A DNA stretch of 64,000 nucleotides from Eledone cirrhosa (GCA_964016885.1 OZ024742.1:194742001-194806000), one strand, 5' to 3'; shown: positions 29,011-44,967, counted from the stretch's first letter. A program made the numbers and translations. Notes: generated by a model from the sequence alone, not told the origin.

Positions 29011-30924
29011 AACTTCTTAACTATTCGACCATGCTGCATTCACAAAAATATTATTACAAATTTAATTTTGGTAACTATCAATAGGACATTTTTCTAACTT
29101 CATGGTGACATTCAGATATATATTGAATCTCATAAATAGTATTATCGATATAAATATTTATCAACACGAATTTATATTATCACAATGTTTTCCACTTTTT
29201 ACCAAGGAGCACTTTCTACTGTATGTATTTCAATAACAACTTACAATGGCCATGAAACTTAAATATACTCCTTTATTTACAAACATTCCAAGATAAATAT
29301 GTTCGTTTTAGGGTTAGGTAGGGAAGGATTGATTGGGTTGATATGATTTATATTTCATAAAATCTTCTGATTTCGGCTAAAACTAAAAATAAGCAAAAGA
29401 AAATGTTATTGAGATTTAGAGCTAAGAATTACAGCTGCGTTTTCTTTAGAAGATTTATGGTGTCCTTTATAATTGGATACTACATGTAAAGGTTGCACAC
29501 AATCGAGCTGAATAATCGAATTGGGATTATTTATGCATTCCCAAATCAATATGAAATATATACGTTTTGGGCCGTGATATTATATCTAATATGGTAAATG
29601 TAAGCAAACTTTCAAACGATGTTGGTGTCAATGCAATGATTAACTGTCTCTAGTTGATATTTTTTATATAAATTAATATTTGCATGTCATGATTTTCTGA
29701 CATACAAAATACATGCTCGTTTTTGACCATGTTATTCCGTTTGACATGGGTAATTTAAGTAAAATTTCAAATCAGTTTTGTGTTAATCCAATAATTAACT
29801 GTGACCAGGCAATAGCATATAAATAAATCCTGCTTTCAATATTATATATAACCTGCCAAGCTAATAACAAGTATTTGGTGTTAACGTGAGACAATATTTC
29901 ATATATTTTAAGGTTGAGAATAAGTTTACTATGAGAATAAATGGCTGCAGGGTTGATAAATCTTATTCACTATTATGAACAATTACAATTATTTCAGAAA
30001 CTTTCAAGAAGAATTATCATTCAGTCATTGGAATTTAAGCTATCCCTGTTCAGGCTTCAAAGTCCATTATTTATCAACGCTGTACATTGTTCTGCGTTAT
30101 AGTAGAATATTCATAGGAATAATATATACATTTTGACAATTTCCTCCAGTTCCTCTGTGTGGGGAAGTTATATGTCTTAGTGCCTGTCACATACTCAGCT
30201 ACTTGGACGTTAATTTCATGAGCATGATGTTCTGTGTTCGAACAACTGAAACACTCATCGTCGGAACCGATAGAACTTCCAGACATTTAGTCCTGCATCA
30301 ATAGACTTGCTTTAAGAATTCAATTCAAGTTTAAGAATTATTCACACTTGAAAACATTAATTCCAGCTGAAGGCCTTCCTTCGTTTCCTTATATATTGAC
30401 GACTGAACATCAATTTACTTAGATCACTAACAGCCAAAATGGAGAAGGCATGTATTGTGAATGTGAATAGCGACATAATCGCTAATTCATTTTACACAAA
30501 ACCTTACATGGAAATGAGTTGACAGGTATTTCGGTGCCTGCATAAAGGTGTCCCTTTCAAGTTGTTACCTATTACGAACAGATGTCCAAACTAAAATTAA
30601 TTTCTAATTGTGAATATTAATTAACATGTCAAACACCTTTCCATTCCTCACCTTCATTTGAAATAATATTTCAAAGTAAATCATGGGCTAAGTATACGTA
30701 AATACACATATATACATACATATATGTGCGATTAATGTATGTATGTATATGTATACAGTGTGCATGAAAATATAATCTGATTTATAGAATCCGATTTATA
30801 TATATATATATGTATGTATATATATATATGTATATATATATATGTGTAGGTATATATGTAAATCGCATGATTCTCTTTCATTCACTATGTGTATATATTC
30901 ATATATATATAGATGTATATATAT

Positions 30925-31690
30925 GAAAGACGTAAAATAAGAAAATTTTAAAAATTAAAAATCAACTTACTTACTAAAATTTTCACTCCAACTAATTAGT
31001 TTCTGTAAGGGGATAAATATAGTTACGTAATATAACTATAGAGAATTCCTTACGTCATCAGGGAGTTTATTCTCAGCTAAGTTCCCAGGCGATGCGCGGA
31101 CACTAGGAACCCATATAAAAATAATAATTCAGTGGATGGAATAAAGCTAGCGAGGACTAAATTCCAGAGCACTGAAAAAATTCACTGCCTCTGGTCAGTG
31201 GCAGATTCTAAAGAATCAATCACGTGACACTGAGGTTAATCAGTTAGGAGCGGGGTGGTATTATGACAAGAGCCTACTACTACCATGAATCAGCAGTAAA
31301 TTTTGGCAAGTTTTGCTCAACAAATAATTTGGAGATAAATATAAAGAATTAGTACATCTACCAACATATGTGTACAGATGTACACCCATGCTAGCAAATA
31401 TACATGTTATGTCTTAGTACCTTTGTGGTTCTATGCAGGGGGATGCAGAACAATTATATGAAAGTTATAGTTATATTACGTAACTATATTTATCCCCTTA
31501 CAGAAACTAATTAGTTGGAGTGAACATTTTAGTAAGTAAGTTGATTTTTAATTTTTAAAATTTTCTTATTTTACGTCTTTCATATAATTGTTCTGCATCC
31601 TCCTGCATAGAACCACAAAGGTATTAAGACATAACATGTATATTTGCTAGCATGGGTGTACATCTGTACACATATGTTGGTAGATGTACT
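30925..31690 (-). mobile_element. Rearranged pLTR-like element with two inverted segments and a hammerhead on - (30985-31066)
   Basis: actcc-CTGATGA-cgtaagg...ccttaca-GAAA-ctaattag-TT-ggagt; 30921-31040 inverted at 31466-31585 and 31350-31458 inverted at 31581-31690. Confidence 0.8.
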
Positions 31691-31774
31691 AATTCTCTAT
31701 ATATGTATATATATATATATATTTATATATATATACATACATATATACATATATATATATATACCCTGTACATA

Positions 31775-31832
<58 letters not shown>

Positions 31833-32636
31833 TAGGTGTGTGTGTATGTATTTACATACACACATCGAAAGATACACACACACAAATGCACACAAGGTGA
31901 GTCGTAACAAACTTACTAGCTTACTATTAACATATGTGAATAAAACTTAAAACCTGGCAACATTAAACTTGATTCCAAATGTGATACTTAAGAAGACTTA
32001 TATAAGTTATATATAGATACTTCAAAGTTCAAAAATCTGGCAATTTCTAAACAGTCCATTGCTGGAAAGATCGCTGAAGCAGCGGAAAAAGTTTTAATTC
32101 CGGCGTGGTAAATTTTCCTTTCATTAGTTCAACATGCATACACTCTACATATGTATATATATATATATATATAAGTATATATATATATATATATATTTAT
32201 GCATATTCTTAAATATGCATATACATATATATCTATGTATATGCATATATATATATACATATATACAAATAAAGATTCAACGAGTATCGCATTTCGGTGG
32301 GCACGAAAAGCGAAGCGAAACGCAAAATTCAGAAGTGATACTGGCATACATATATATATATATACATTTATAAACAAGATGGCGTAGGACAGAACAAAGG
32401 AGAGGCATAAAACAAAGAAAAGAATCCTCTGTCACTGAAGAGGTCACAGAATGTGTGATGAGAGAAATTTGACAATATATGAACAACCGTCCGGTTGTGG
32501 CACCAACCAACCAACCGGAAATCTATAAATTTTTGAAAAAAAAATATTTTTTTTATTTTTTTTTAATTTATAATAAATTGGAGTGAAAGCACTGGTGCGT
32601 GTGTTTCTTATTTGCAACATGACCCTCCCAAAGTAA

Positions 32637-32716
<80 letters not shown>

Positions 32717-33263
32717 AGGTGGTACTGCAGCCTCACTGTAATCCATTGACTGACACCACTAAAAGAATAGGGAATATATCAACAAAAGATGTTGCTTGTC
32801 CAAACATCAACTCCGGCTTGTTCGACCGTTAACCGACACTGAAAACGATTCTGAAATACATATATATATATATATAGTCTCTACTTTTCTACTTCTGAGA
32901 TCTTACACTGTGCCTCCAGCTTCTAACTGTAAAGAATTAGCATCAACTAAAGTTTTTGTTTTGTCAAACTTGAGAAACAGTTTGAGCGTTAACCAACGCA
33001 AAACAGTGTCCGGTTTACCGATTCTGTGATGCATATGTTCTATGGCTAAATATTTTGAATAAAACCTTTCTTTACATGCATTATGTGGGCTTTTAGTCCT
33101 TTAATGTTCTAGTAAACACACACACACACATACATACACAGACGCAGACATACACACAAACACACACACACACATATATATGTACAGAGTGTATATATAT
33201 ATATAGGGAATAGCGAGGGCCTATGCCTCCGTTAATTTATCGTGATATATATATATATATATG

Positions 33264-33294
<31 letters not shown>

Positions 33295-33340
33295 ATATTT
33301 ATACATACATATATATACAATATATATATATATATTTATA

Positions 33341-33376
<36 letters not shown>

Positions 33377-33445
33377 TATATACATAGATACGTATATAAA
33401 TATGCATATATATATGCATATATATATATATATATATATATGATA

Positions 33446-33534
<89 letters not shown>

Positions 33535-33750
33535 AATCTATTGTCATCTTGCCTGACGGTTTGAACTTTACAACACCACCTGCCTCTTTGAAGTCAAATA
33601 CCAATCCTACAAGCATCTATAAACTGACCAATGATAATTAAGATTATTCCTGCTGACAACATTAAATTATCCCTAACAAGCTCATATGTCCCAAGGCTCT
33701 GATACCATCAACACTATAAACACAGAGCTGGCATATCTAAGAAATGACTA

Positions 33751-33806
33751 ACTGCGTGATGAGGTCATAGCCATTCAATGGCTATCATCGAAATATATAT
33801 AACAGT
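33751..33806 (+). ncRNA. Degenerate hammerhead motif (same family as 20471-20533)
   Basis: actgc-GTGATGA-ggtcatagccattcaatggctatcatc-GAAA-tatata-TA-acagt. Confidence 0.55.
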
Positions 33807-33847
33807 AAATAAAGGATTATGAGTTCATGAAATTGACTTATGTTTCG

Positions 33848-33910
<63 letters not shown>

Positions 33911-33969
33911 TTATACATATATACTTATATATATATATATATATGATATATGACATATATATTTATATA

Positions 33970-34027
<58 letters not shown>

Positions 34028-34308
34028 TCCAATACAAAGGTCTGACGACATGGTGTGTTTGCTTACAGTGTACCTTCGGTTTATGATAATATTTTTATAT
34101 TATTCAAATAGCGAGGTATAGGTAACCCATACACTATAGAAACAATTGTTACCTAATAAATTCTGTATACCCGCATTTCCATTTCATAAACTTCTTCTCC
34201 ATATTTTCTCCGGATTTTAAAACACACTTTATTATACGTTGAGCAATCTCTGACGTTGGTTGACTCCATCCAATGCAACTACTTAGTAACATTGGAATAC
34301 AAATTTAC

Positions 34309-34340
<32 letters not shown>

Positions 34341-34807
34341 ATCATCATGTAAGTCATCTTTAATCCTCCAGTTAGTGATAATGTTATTATTATTACTATT
34401 ATGTATATGATATTATATATATATATATATATATATATGTGGGGGGGGGGGGAGGTAAATAGATTTTACTGTATGTCTCTTCTAAACGTTCAATACTTTA
34501 AAATAGCAATAAAATATTGTAATCTATATATATACATGCAACATTATACATGTAAAATACGCCAGGGAGAAGAACTATTTGTATTAAAATAAATATTACT
34601 GTTCCCCAGATAGTGTTCAACATTTCAATTGTTTTCTCAATCACTGCAATGACGACAGCTAATACAAAACTAATTCCTTCTTTTAATAGATTGAAAGAAC
34701 AATAAAAAGAAAGTGCTGTTTCTGGATGGCGGGGAGATGTATACATACGTCATTATTAATATAATGTTGGCCTTGTGCCTGAATCTGAAGCTTTATTAAT
34801 ATAATCT

Positions 34808-34990
34808 TGGGCGGTGGATTGACAGTATCGATAGAACGTCAGACACCATGCTTTTGCAGCATAGAGTTACGGCCCTTTATGATCTGAGTTCAAATCCCGC
34901 CGAGGTTAACTTTGCCTTTCATCCTTATGGGGTCGATAAAATAAAGTACCAGTAATGCACTGAGATAATTGCTGGCCTTGTAGAATCAAT
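34808..34990 (+). mobile_element. SINE family A with 15-bp TSD
   Basis: ttattaatataatct on both sides. Confidence 0.85.
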
Positions 34991-35424
34991 TATTAATATA
35001 ATCTATTACTGCTCATTTCCTATTTTTTCGTCTCATCTTCGTCACATCTTCTCATTCGTCTTAAACTACTCCTTCTTTGTCTTCTCCCCCATTTTATATT
35101 TCCTCTCCTTCATCAACTTGATCCACTTTCCTCCTGTGCTCTTCCTCTTTCTCAAAAATTTCTTCTCCTTCGTCCTCTTTCATTTCTGCTTTCTCCTTCT
35201 CCTTCTAATTTTTTTTCTCTCTCTTCCTATTTGTATGTCAGTTATGATCTTTTATTTCTAGGATAAAACTGAATAAAACTAATAATAGAGAATTTAATAT
35301 TTAGTCAAGCATAAAGAAAAAGAAAGTAGAGTTGCAAAAGACTATAAATGAGAGGAAAATGAGGGAAAAGACAAGGATTCTTAAGCAATGAAAGATTAAA
35401 ATGAAGTAGAGGGTAACATACTCT

Positions 35425-36175
35425 ACACCTAAGTGGGAGTGGTGTTTCAGCTGCGCCTTGCGGACGAAATGGCAAAGGCATTGCCGAGAACAATGGCCAG
35501 CAACACCCGCTGCAACAGCCACCCCCACCTCGCGGTGCTTATGCCGCAGACGGGCTGCAGTCATTCCAATTTTCCTGAGGAGATCAGCTGTAAGAGGTAC
35601 GAGGACGCCTAAGATATTGACAGAAACCAATACAAAGAGGAAGCGGCTGGACATGCCACGGGATTTGCATATCTTCCTGTCCTCTACATTGCTAGCCGCG
35701 GTACCGGGGATTGTGACCGATGCGACTAAGTTAGAGGCGAAGAACGTGTTATAGGATAGGATAAGGGATTTACCTCCCTCAAATAGGAAGAGGTTAATTC
35801 CGTAATGGCGCTTCCTGTGTCTACGGTCAAGACCAGGTAGCTCCAGTTGTGACAGGAAGCCAGCTGCGTCTAGGCTCCTTCTCCTTATGTCATTCAAACC
35901 GACATATCGGGGAAACCGATTTGCGCTCTTGTGGCATGATAGTGGGTGCAGGCTGAACTTGCCAGCGAAAGGTCCTCAATGGCATTTGTGTGGCTCACAC
36001 AAGCGGAGGCCGAGGCATTGTGCCATCTCGATGCGAGTGCTCTCGTGATCAAGAAGGGTACAGGTTAGTGAAGAGGGCACCGAATTGAGCCACGCGTTGC
36101 TGTTTGGTTACGATGCGGAACGGAGGCAGGCGATGTGGTGTAGGTCCAAGCCAGACTCGATTCGTCTGCACTTGA
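35425..36175 (-). mobile_element. Decayed CRE-clade-like non-LTR fragment (Zn knuckle and RLE)
   Basis: AWLNSVPSSLT, HPLSCHKS, NDIRRRSL..., GGKSL, AASNVEDRKICK, homologous to 28620-29010. Confidence 0.75.
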
Positions 36176-37311
36176 TATTATAAGTGATCAGCAGTGGTGT
36201 TAAAGCACTGAATGTCAACGTTATTATTATTGTTGTTGATGTTCTTCTTCTTCTTCTTCTTCTTCTTCTTCTTCTTCTTTTTCTTCTTCTTCTTTGCCAT
36301 CCTTGTTTTCTAATTCTGAGTGCTGTTGGTGTTTAGAATGTCATGTAGGTGTACTTTGACGGAGATTTAGTTGTTATGTCTGGAAATTGGCCATATTTGG
36401 TACTTTTTGGAACCAAAGATGATAAATCGTAGAGGAGCTCTCATTAATACCCATATGCTGCGGCTGTAAATGTTTTGGGTGTTGTTAATGGTGTTGTTTT
36501 TATTAGAGCTCACACCTATGTAGATTTAGACGGCCTCTTACTAGGTTTTACATGATAGTAAACTTTTTGTGTGTTTTGATGATAGGGGTGCAGTCTCTTT
36601 ATATTGTTACAGTTACCACTTATAAACAGGTTAGCCGACCTCCTACGCGGTTGTATCTCATATGACGTTTCTTCGATGATAGAGACCCCTGTTTAATCAT
36701 ATCATCATTTTTCCTGTGACAGAAGGCAGGCGGCAGGACACAATACAGGATTTTGGATCAGAATGCACAGAGCCATCGAAGGAGTTTCGGCATGCTATTC
36801 CGTCTGACATTTAAACAATTCTGTTAATCCATGCTTTTAACTGGTACTTTATTTATGGTCTTCAAAATAATGAAATACATTTGAACTTAGAGAGCAGAGA
36901 GGCGGAATAAGTAGAGCAGAATATGTAATCCCATAATACATCGGCCAATTCGACGCCATTTTAATTGTCGGCGCTGTCTACCCATTGTAAATAAAAGGTG
37001 ATAAAAAAACAATAACATTTTAGCAATTAGAGGACACAATTAATCGCCTTTGTAAATATAATTCAATTCCTTCCTCTCCACTTGACTCTATCACGCTACG
37101 TTACCTCATTGTCCAATCAACTGAATCAGCGTTTGAAAAGTGCAGTGTAAAATACGAAAATTTGAATAATGACTAGAAACGCTGAATTATTTTTGAATCA
37201 GTAAGTTACGGTGCATAAAGGAACTAACCATAAACAGAACGTTTTTTATAAATAAAAAAAACACACGTTTACACACATATAAGCATGTGTTTGTGCGCAT
37301 ATTCACACACA

Positions 37312-37346
<35 letters not shown>

Positions 37347-37596
37347 GGGGGGTGTAGGTGTGTGGATCCCAATATAAACAGTGGGCAACCACTGTAAATT
37401 AGGTACTCAATACAATTTTATACATATATACATATATATGACAAAGAAAATGTGGTAAGAAACCTGCTGGACCATAACGCACAAGAGTGCTCGATACTTT
37501 TGGTAGTAGAGTGGGTAATAGGAGAAGAGTCAGGACCTCGTTCGGATCTAGCTGTCGAAACGGCCGGACCTCAGCCGTCGGGGTCCTGACTCTTTT

Positions 37597-37643
<47 letters not shown>

Positions 37644-37885
37644 CACGGTGCACACATGTACCTATGATATTTCATTTGCAACAAATTGTTTCTTGGGTTA
37701 ACAAACACTACAAAACTGCAAGCTCTATGTTCATTAGCCATATAATTTATTTTTATTTTCTATTAAGTTTTGTTAGTTCATGAAACCATTATGAATCGTT
37801 ATGAACAAATGTCGGTTTATTTGTATATATATATATATATAGTGCTTTTACTTCCTGCAAATATTTTCGCTACAGACACACATAC

Positions 37886-38464
<579 letters not shown>

Positions 38465-38779
38465 ATATGTATAATGGATATCCGGATAATCTTTTGTATA
38501 TTAGTTCATATTATAAAGCACTTGCCCAAGGTTTAATACAGTAAAATCGAATAGAAATCCACAGTTAAATATTAAACTTGTTAACTAGAGTGCTAAGCCT
38601 TAACGCATTTGACCTCATGCTTGTGTTTGGCTTTCAGTGCTTCAACATACACGAAATACTCCCATGTAAGCAAACTATAAATATATAAAGATTTACTTCA
38701 GAATATTGAGTATATCCTTCATGAGCATTATCAATGATTTTCGAGTAAGCTTACCTACGCATAATAATCCTAAAGTATG

Positions 38780-39000
38780 TCACAAGCCAGAAGGCTCGTT
38801 AGGCTTACCCCGGTTTCGTGGCGTGAAGCGGCTCAGTGTACAAGATTCACTCCTGGACAGAATCCCAGTCTACCGCAGACTTAAATCATTAGCTATGGTT
38901 GGTTCTCATTTTCAGAAGAATATAGAACAACACGGAATCCTGCCCGAGATCGAACCTACAACATTATGATGGCAAATCGAACACACTTACCACTAGTCTT
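38780..39000 (-). mobile_element. Degenerate SINE family B
   Basis: Reverse complement similarity to 8300-8555 (gccagaaggctc, ggcgtgaagcg, ctcctggacag, gatcgaacc). Confidence 0.65.
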
Positions 39001-39287
39001 CTAGTCCACTTAATTATCCACATCTATATATTCTGTATAAACTCGTTTGCTATATTCAAAAGATATTAACCTATCCTCTGGAACTAATTATGCTATAAAG
39101 CATAAATATTTCCGAGTTAGTGAACGAAGTTCATGGCTGACGATTGGAATCGTACTGAAGTCAGTAATCGTATCAAAGAATATACTAAAACAAAATATAC
39201 ACTATCAAATACAAGATGTTTTTTTTTGTATATATGTGTGTGTAGAAGTGTTAAAGTATATCATTTATTAATTTCCCATATATTATT

Positions 39288-39336
<49 letters not shown>

Positions 39337-39338
<2 letters not shown>

Positions 39339-41207
39339 CGTTTCTGAATTTGTTTAGCAAGATTCTTTATCTGAAATCGTGTGTTGAAACCGATATTGTT
39401 ATACTTTGGGAGGGTCATGTTGCCAATAAGAAACACACGCAATTGAAGTGAAACAACTGGTGCGTGTGTTTCTTATTGGCAACATGACCCTCCCAAAGTA
39501 TAACAATATATATATATATATATATATAGTAATAATAATAAATTTGAAGACTATAATCCAAAGTGGGCTCGTAAAGGATAAATATATATCAAATATATAA
39601 AAACCGTAGAGCAAATATTTATTAAAATAACAGATTAAAGTTTAAGCAAAGAATCGCTGCTTTCACCATTAACGGGATCTTCTGAATCTAACAAAGTCAA
39701 TATGTGAACGCAGAAGTGAATATTTCAAAAAATGTTGCAACCGGAGGAAGACAGGAAGACGATACTTTAGTTCGTGGAAACGTTCCCTGGCAAAAAACTG
39801 TAAAAAACGAATATAATACGTCATTAATAGGAGCGGTGAAAAACAATTACACGAAAGACAAAACCACGTTTATGGTATAAAAGAAGTCGTAGACTAATAT
39901 TCTCTTAGGTGGTTCATAGAGACGTTCTCTGGCAATGAACGGAAAAAAAGAAGATAATACGTCATATGTGGAGCGGGGAGAACAATTGCACGTAAAGACA
40001 AAACCATGTAAGTGGTATAACTGAAGTCGTAGACTAAAATTCTAACTAGGAAACCGAATGATTCTCGGCTTCAGAGTTAAGAATAAAGTAAATAAAATAC
40101 AGAGATTATTGAAATTAAATAAATACATACACGGATCCATATACGTACATACACAAGCATACGCGAAAACGCTCGCCATACGTATACAAATACACGCACG
40201 TACACGAAAAAAAAAAGAAAACCCGCACGCACATTCAGAACCCACGCAACGCCTGTACCCGCACGCCTACGAATATCTACACCAAATACACATAAAAATA
40301 TATATTAAATATATATATGTGTGTGTGTATGCGTGAATACATATAATTAAATAAACGTATATAAATAAATAAATAAATACGTATATAACAAGCGCATACA
40401 TATACCTACATGTAAATACACATATGTTCGGAGACGAACGTCAACCAAAACACAAAGTACACATAAACACACATCCTACATACGTACGAACCCGCATACT
40501 CACACAGACGCAAAACTCACGTATACACATAACCAAAATCATATGTAGCAGAATATATAATATATACGCCATAACAAATACAATCAAATATACGTACGAG
40601 AAAGTATAAGTACCTTCACAAAACATACAGGTAATATATACTTACCTATACAAATAAGTAATGGTATAAACATAACATATACTTAGTTACCACATCAAGA
40701 CGTAAAATATCCGCGTATAGATCGTACTATCCGTTAGGGTATAATGTGGGGCTGTAATACAGGAAAGTTTTGTGCAATTTATGTTTACAAGCCGAAATTG
40801 CCTCAGATTTTTTGTTTAAGATGTGGTCTTTGGCGTAGAGTATTTCCAGGGTCTCAGCGGCGCAGAGGTCACATGGTCTTTTATTTCCGTTATACGATCT
40901 AGCCCTAGCTAGGATCTCCCAGTCTAACTTATATTGGGTGTGGTTGTCTTTTAGACACCAGATATAAGCTGAAAGTGACGTCATATTCCTTCTTAAAGGG
41001 TAACGAAAAGAATGGGTATGCATGTAAGGACGCTGCTTGAATCTATTGGCAGTTAACTCTATGTAAGCCCTACGGGACGTGGGTGTTTCAACCTTACATT
41101 TGTAGACAATGTTACTAGAGAGACATTTCCCGGATAGGGGGCAGTCATCCCGATTCGTACAATTAAATTCGTACAATTAAATTCGTACAATTTAATCTGT
41201 TATTTTA

Positions 41208-41212
<5 letters not shown>
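39337..41212 (-). mobile_element. 5'-truncated Penelope-like element with nearly intact GIY-YIG domain (40727-41165)
   Basis: CPLSGKCLSSNIVYKCKV...AYIELTANRFKQRPYMHTHSF...TSLSAYIWCLK...CDLCAAETLEIL...LNKKSEAISACKH; short inverted pLTR piece 41190-41212 versus 39617-39640. Confidence 0.85.
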
Positions 41213-41264
<52 letters not shown>

Positions 41265-41493
41265 AGTAGGTAATATCTATGGAATTGATTTACCCTGTTA
41301 TATATTTATAACAGAATCACTAACTTACCAAAGGAGAACTGCATAAATCAACATGCCAGTCAATATAAGTTTTATTAATAATTAATATGCATAATGTGTA
41401 TTTAAGTACATTTAACCCTATATGATTTTTGTAGCCGGTTGAATAAAAAGATTTGATATGTTCATGCACTTAAACTTTCTTATCCTAAATAAT

Positions 41494-41681
41494 AATTGTT
41501 TCTACTTTAGGCACAAGGCCAGCAATTACCCAGTGCATTACTGGTACGTTATTTTATCGACCTCGTAAGGATGAAAGGCAAATAAACCTCGGCGGGATTT
41601 GAACTCAGAATGGCAAGGGCCGTAACTCTATGCATCAAAGCATGGCGTCTGACTCTTTACCGATACTGCCAATCCACCGCC
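41494..41681 (-). mobile_element. SINE family A with TSD ttatcctaaataataat
   Basis: Family consensus; duplicated flank at ~41480 and ~41687. Confidence 0.85.
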
Positions 41682-42095
41682 ATTGTTTATCCTAAATAAT
41701 AATATTTATAAACGTCTATAGCAAAAGAAATTGAATATTATATAGCTATAACGGAAATGTTAGCTTTATATCAGTTATCGTACTTACCAAGCTCTACCAG
41801 TGTCTTAATGGCCACGAGTTTTACACGTAATGTACTTAGCCAGGAAAGTTATGCTTAATACTTTTCATTCGTGTTTGAAGCGTTCAGTAACTACGAAAAT
41901 CCTGGCTCTTGAGTCTGGTATAGTATTGCCAATTTAATAAAAGAAATTATACATCACTCTTACTCTTTGTTGAGGTTTTCTTCTCTTTTTCAAAGTCAGA
42001 CATAGAAATTTTACTTTATAAACATTTAATTGATCCTGGAAATACACTGCTTTTCAAAAGTGTTGAGAAAACACGAGTTGGAATATTATACATAA

Positions 42096-42350
42096 TACCG
42101 GCAACCCCACCAAGCTTGCTTGGTGAGGATGGTGATATTTGGACACCCTGTGCGATAAAATACAAGACCCGACAAAGGGCAGAGGTACTCCGGAGTGTCA
42201 ATAGGTAGTCCTTTCGATTCTCAGAGAGTGGGATTGGTCGAGTGCAAGGTCTTTACCCGCTTAAAATACCTTCAAAGCACAGGCATTGCTTGTTCGATAA
42301 TCTGACAAGTGATTGTAATACTCTTAGCATAGTTTGTAGCCATCATATAC
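42096..42350 (+). mobile_element. Old, diverged copy of the RTE-derived bipartite element
   Basis: ccggcaacccccaccaagcttgcttggtgaggatggtga...ggacaccctg...caaagggcagagg matches the - strand of 50920-51026; ends gtagccatcat. Confidence 0.6.
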
Positions 42351-42461
42351 ATACATAGATCCCGCTAATGTTAACTTTGCCTTTCATCCTTACGGGGTCG
42401 ATAAAATAAAGTACCAATAATGTACTGGCTAGTTACTAGCATTGTGCCAAAAGTAGAAACA

Positions 42462-42778
42462 ATTAATATATAAGGGAACAAAGAATCAGTGTTGCATCAT
42501 ATACATATTTAATGACATATTACATATGTTTCACTAGGGATCAGCTCGAGGAACGATCTATTAATGATTGAACCGGATTCTGGAATTGGAAGCTCCTCAG
42601 ATATGATTTAACATGTAGATTCGTCATGTTAAAACATATCTGAGGAGCTTCCGATTCCAGAGTCAGATTCGATCATTAATAGATGGTTCCTCGAGTTGAT
42701 CGACAGTGAAACATATGTAATATGTAATTAAATATGCATATGATACAAAACTGATTCTTTGCTCCCTTATATATTAAT
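42462..42778. repeat. Near-perfect palindrome (~150-bp arms, ~9-bp spacer) with a hammerhead in each arm (+ 42634-42725; - ~42516-42605)
   Basis: acatat-CTGAGGA-...-GAAA-catatg-TA-atatgt; a partial arm also occurs at 21065-21140. Confidence 0.85.
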
Positions 42779-42872
42779 GTTATTGATACTCTGCTCCCCA
42801 AGACCATTGAGTGCTCATTCGGCATACCGCATGAGAACGCAATTGACTTGCACTTTAATACCTATATACATC

Positions 42873-42916
<44 letters not shown>

Positions 42917-42939
42917 GATATATATATATATATATATAC

Positions 42940-43026
<87 letters not shown>

Positions 43027-43077
43027 CATACATACATACATATATATGTATATATATATATATATATATATACATAC

Positions 43078-43130
<53 letters not shown>

Positions 43131-43157
43131 CATACATACATATATATATATATGTAC

Positions 43158-43270
<113 letters not shown>

Positions 43271-43275
43271 CATAT

Positions 43276-43361
<86 letters not shown>

Positions 43362-43369
43362 ATATATAT

Positions 43370-43780
43370 ATGGTGGCTGCCAACTCGTTTTCGAGTACGG
43401 CCACTACTTTATATCCATGTAGGAGAACCCCTACCGATGCGCTGAACGAATGTGACTTTAGTCCAGCCAGCGACTTGAAAACTCTGGTACAAAGACTACA
43501 CTTGTGACCATTATTGACACATAGTGCAGGGCCCATGGTACCATGTGATGACAAGTGCAGAGAGATCTCCAGATATAAAGCAATGCCTGTGCTGTGAAGC
43601 TTTTATAGTGAGCAAAGGCACTGCACAAAGCCAGTCCCACTCTCTTAACCAAGATGATATTTACCAAAAAGAAGAACAGGTCAACATCATTGGATACCAT
43701 CAGGGTTGCAGGTGTTATATCAGAGTTTTCCTTCTCCTAGAATTCTGCCTTGACAAAGGCTAAGGGGTCATCTCTCCCGG
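43370..43780 (-). mobile_element. RTE-derived non-autonomous element, 5'-truncated copy
   Basis: Near-identical to 50494-50906; flanked by TA/CATA repeats. Confidence 0.85.
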
Positions 43781-44361
43781 TATATACATGTATATATACA
43801 TACACGTATATATACATATATATATACATACATGTATATATACATATATATACATACATACATATATACATACATACATACATACATATACATACATACA
43901 CATATATATACATACATACACACATACATACATACATACATATATACATACATACATATATACATATACATACATACATATACATACATATATACATATA
44001 CATACATATATATACATACATATACATATACATACATACACATATACATACATATACACATACATACATATACACATACATACATATACACATACATACA
44101 TATATATATACATACATATACACATACATACATACACATACATACATACATATACATACATACATACATACATACACATACATACACATACATATATACA
44201 TATACATACACATACATACATACATACATATACATACATACATATACATACACATATACATACATACATACATACATATACATACATATATACACATACA
44301 TACATATATACATATACATACATATACACATACATACATATATACATATACATACATATAC

Positions 44362-44392
<31 letters not shown>

Positions 44393-44715
44393 CATACATA
44401 CATACATATACATACATATACATACATACACACATATACATACATATACATACATACATACACATACATACACATACATACATACACATACATACATACA
44501 TATATACACATATACATACATACATATACATACATACACATATATATATACACATACATACACATACATACATACATACATATACACATACATACATACA
44601 TATATACATATACATACACACATATATATACACACATACATACATATACATACATACACATACACAGATACATATATATATGTATACATACATACATATA
44701 TATACATACATACAT
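43781..44715. repeat. Degenerate (CATA)n/(CA,TA) microsatellite, ~930 bp
   Basis: Direct inspection. Confidence 0.95.
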
Positions 44716-44928
44716 ATGGTGGCTGCCAACTCGTTTTCGAGTACGGCCACTACTTTATATCCATGTAGGAGAACCCCTACCGATGCGCTGAACGAGTGTG
44801 ACTTTTTAGTCCAGCCAGCGACTTGAAAACTCTGGTACAAACACTACACTTGTGACAATTACTGACACATAGTGCTGGGCCCATGGTACCATGTGAGGAC
44901 AAGTGCAGAGAGATCTCCAGATATAAAG

Positions 44929-44932
<4 letters not shown>
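44716..44932 (-). mobile_element. RTE-derived non-autonomous element, short 3' copy
   Basis: Encodes [25 protein letters not shown] (RTE-type terminal C2H2-like motif) followed by ...ggcagccaccat-(TATG)n. Confidence 0.85.

Positions 44933-44967
<35 letters not shown>

Noticed and set aside
30074-30286. 70-aa ORF MSGSSIGSDDECF... in non-repetitive sequence
   Set aside because: No recognisable domain or splice context; possibly a DNA-transposon remnant but unsupported
43737-44840. Long ORFs (300-367 aa) of YIHT/MYVC repeats, and all similar YIYI/CVCV ORFs
   Set aside because: Stop-free translations of (CATA)n/(TA)n/(CA)n microsatellites; no coding signal
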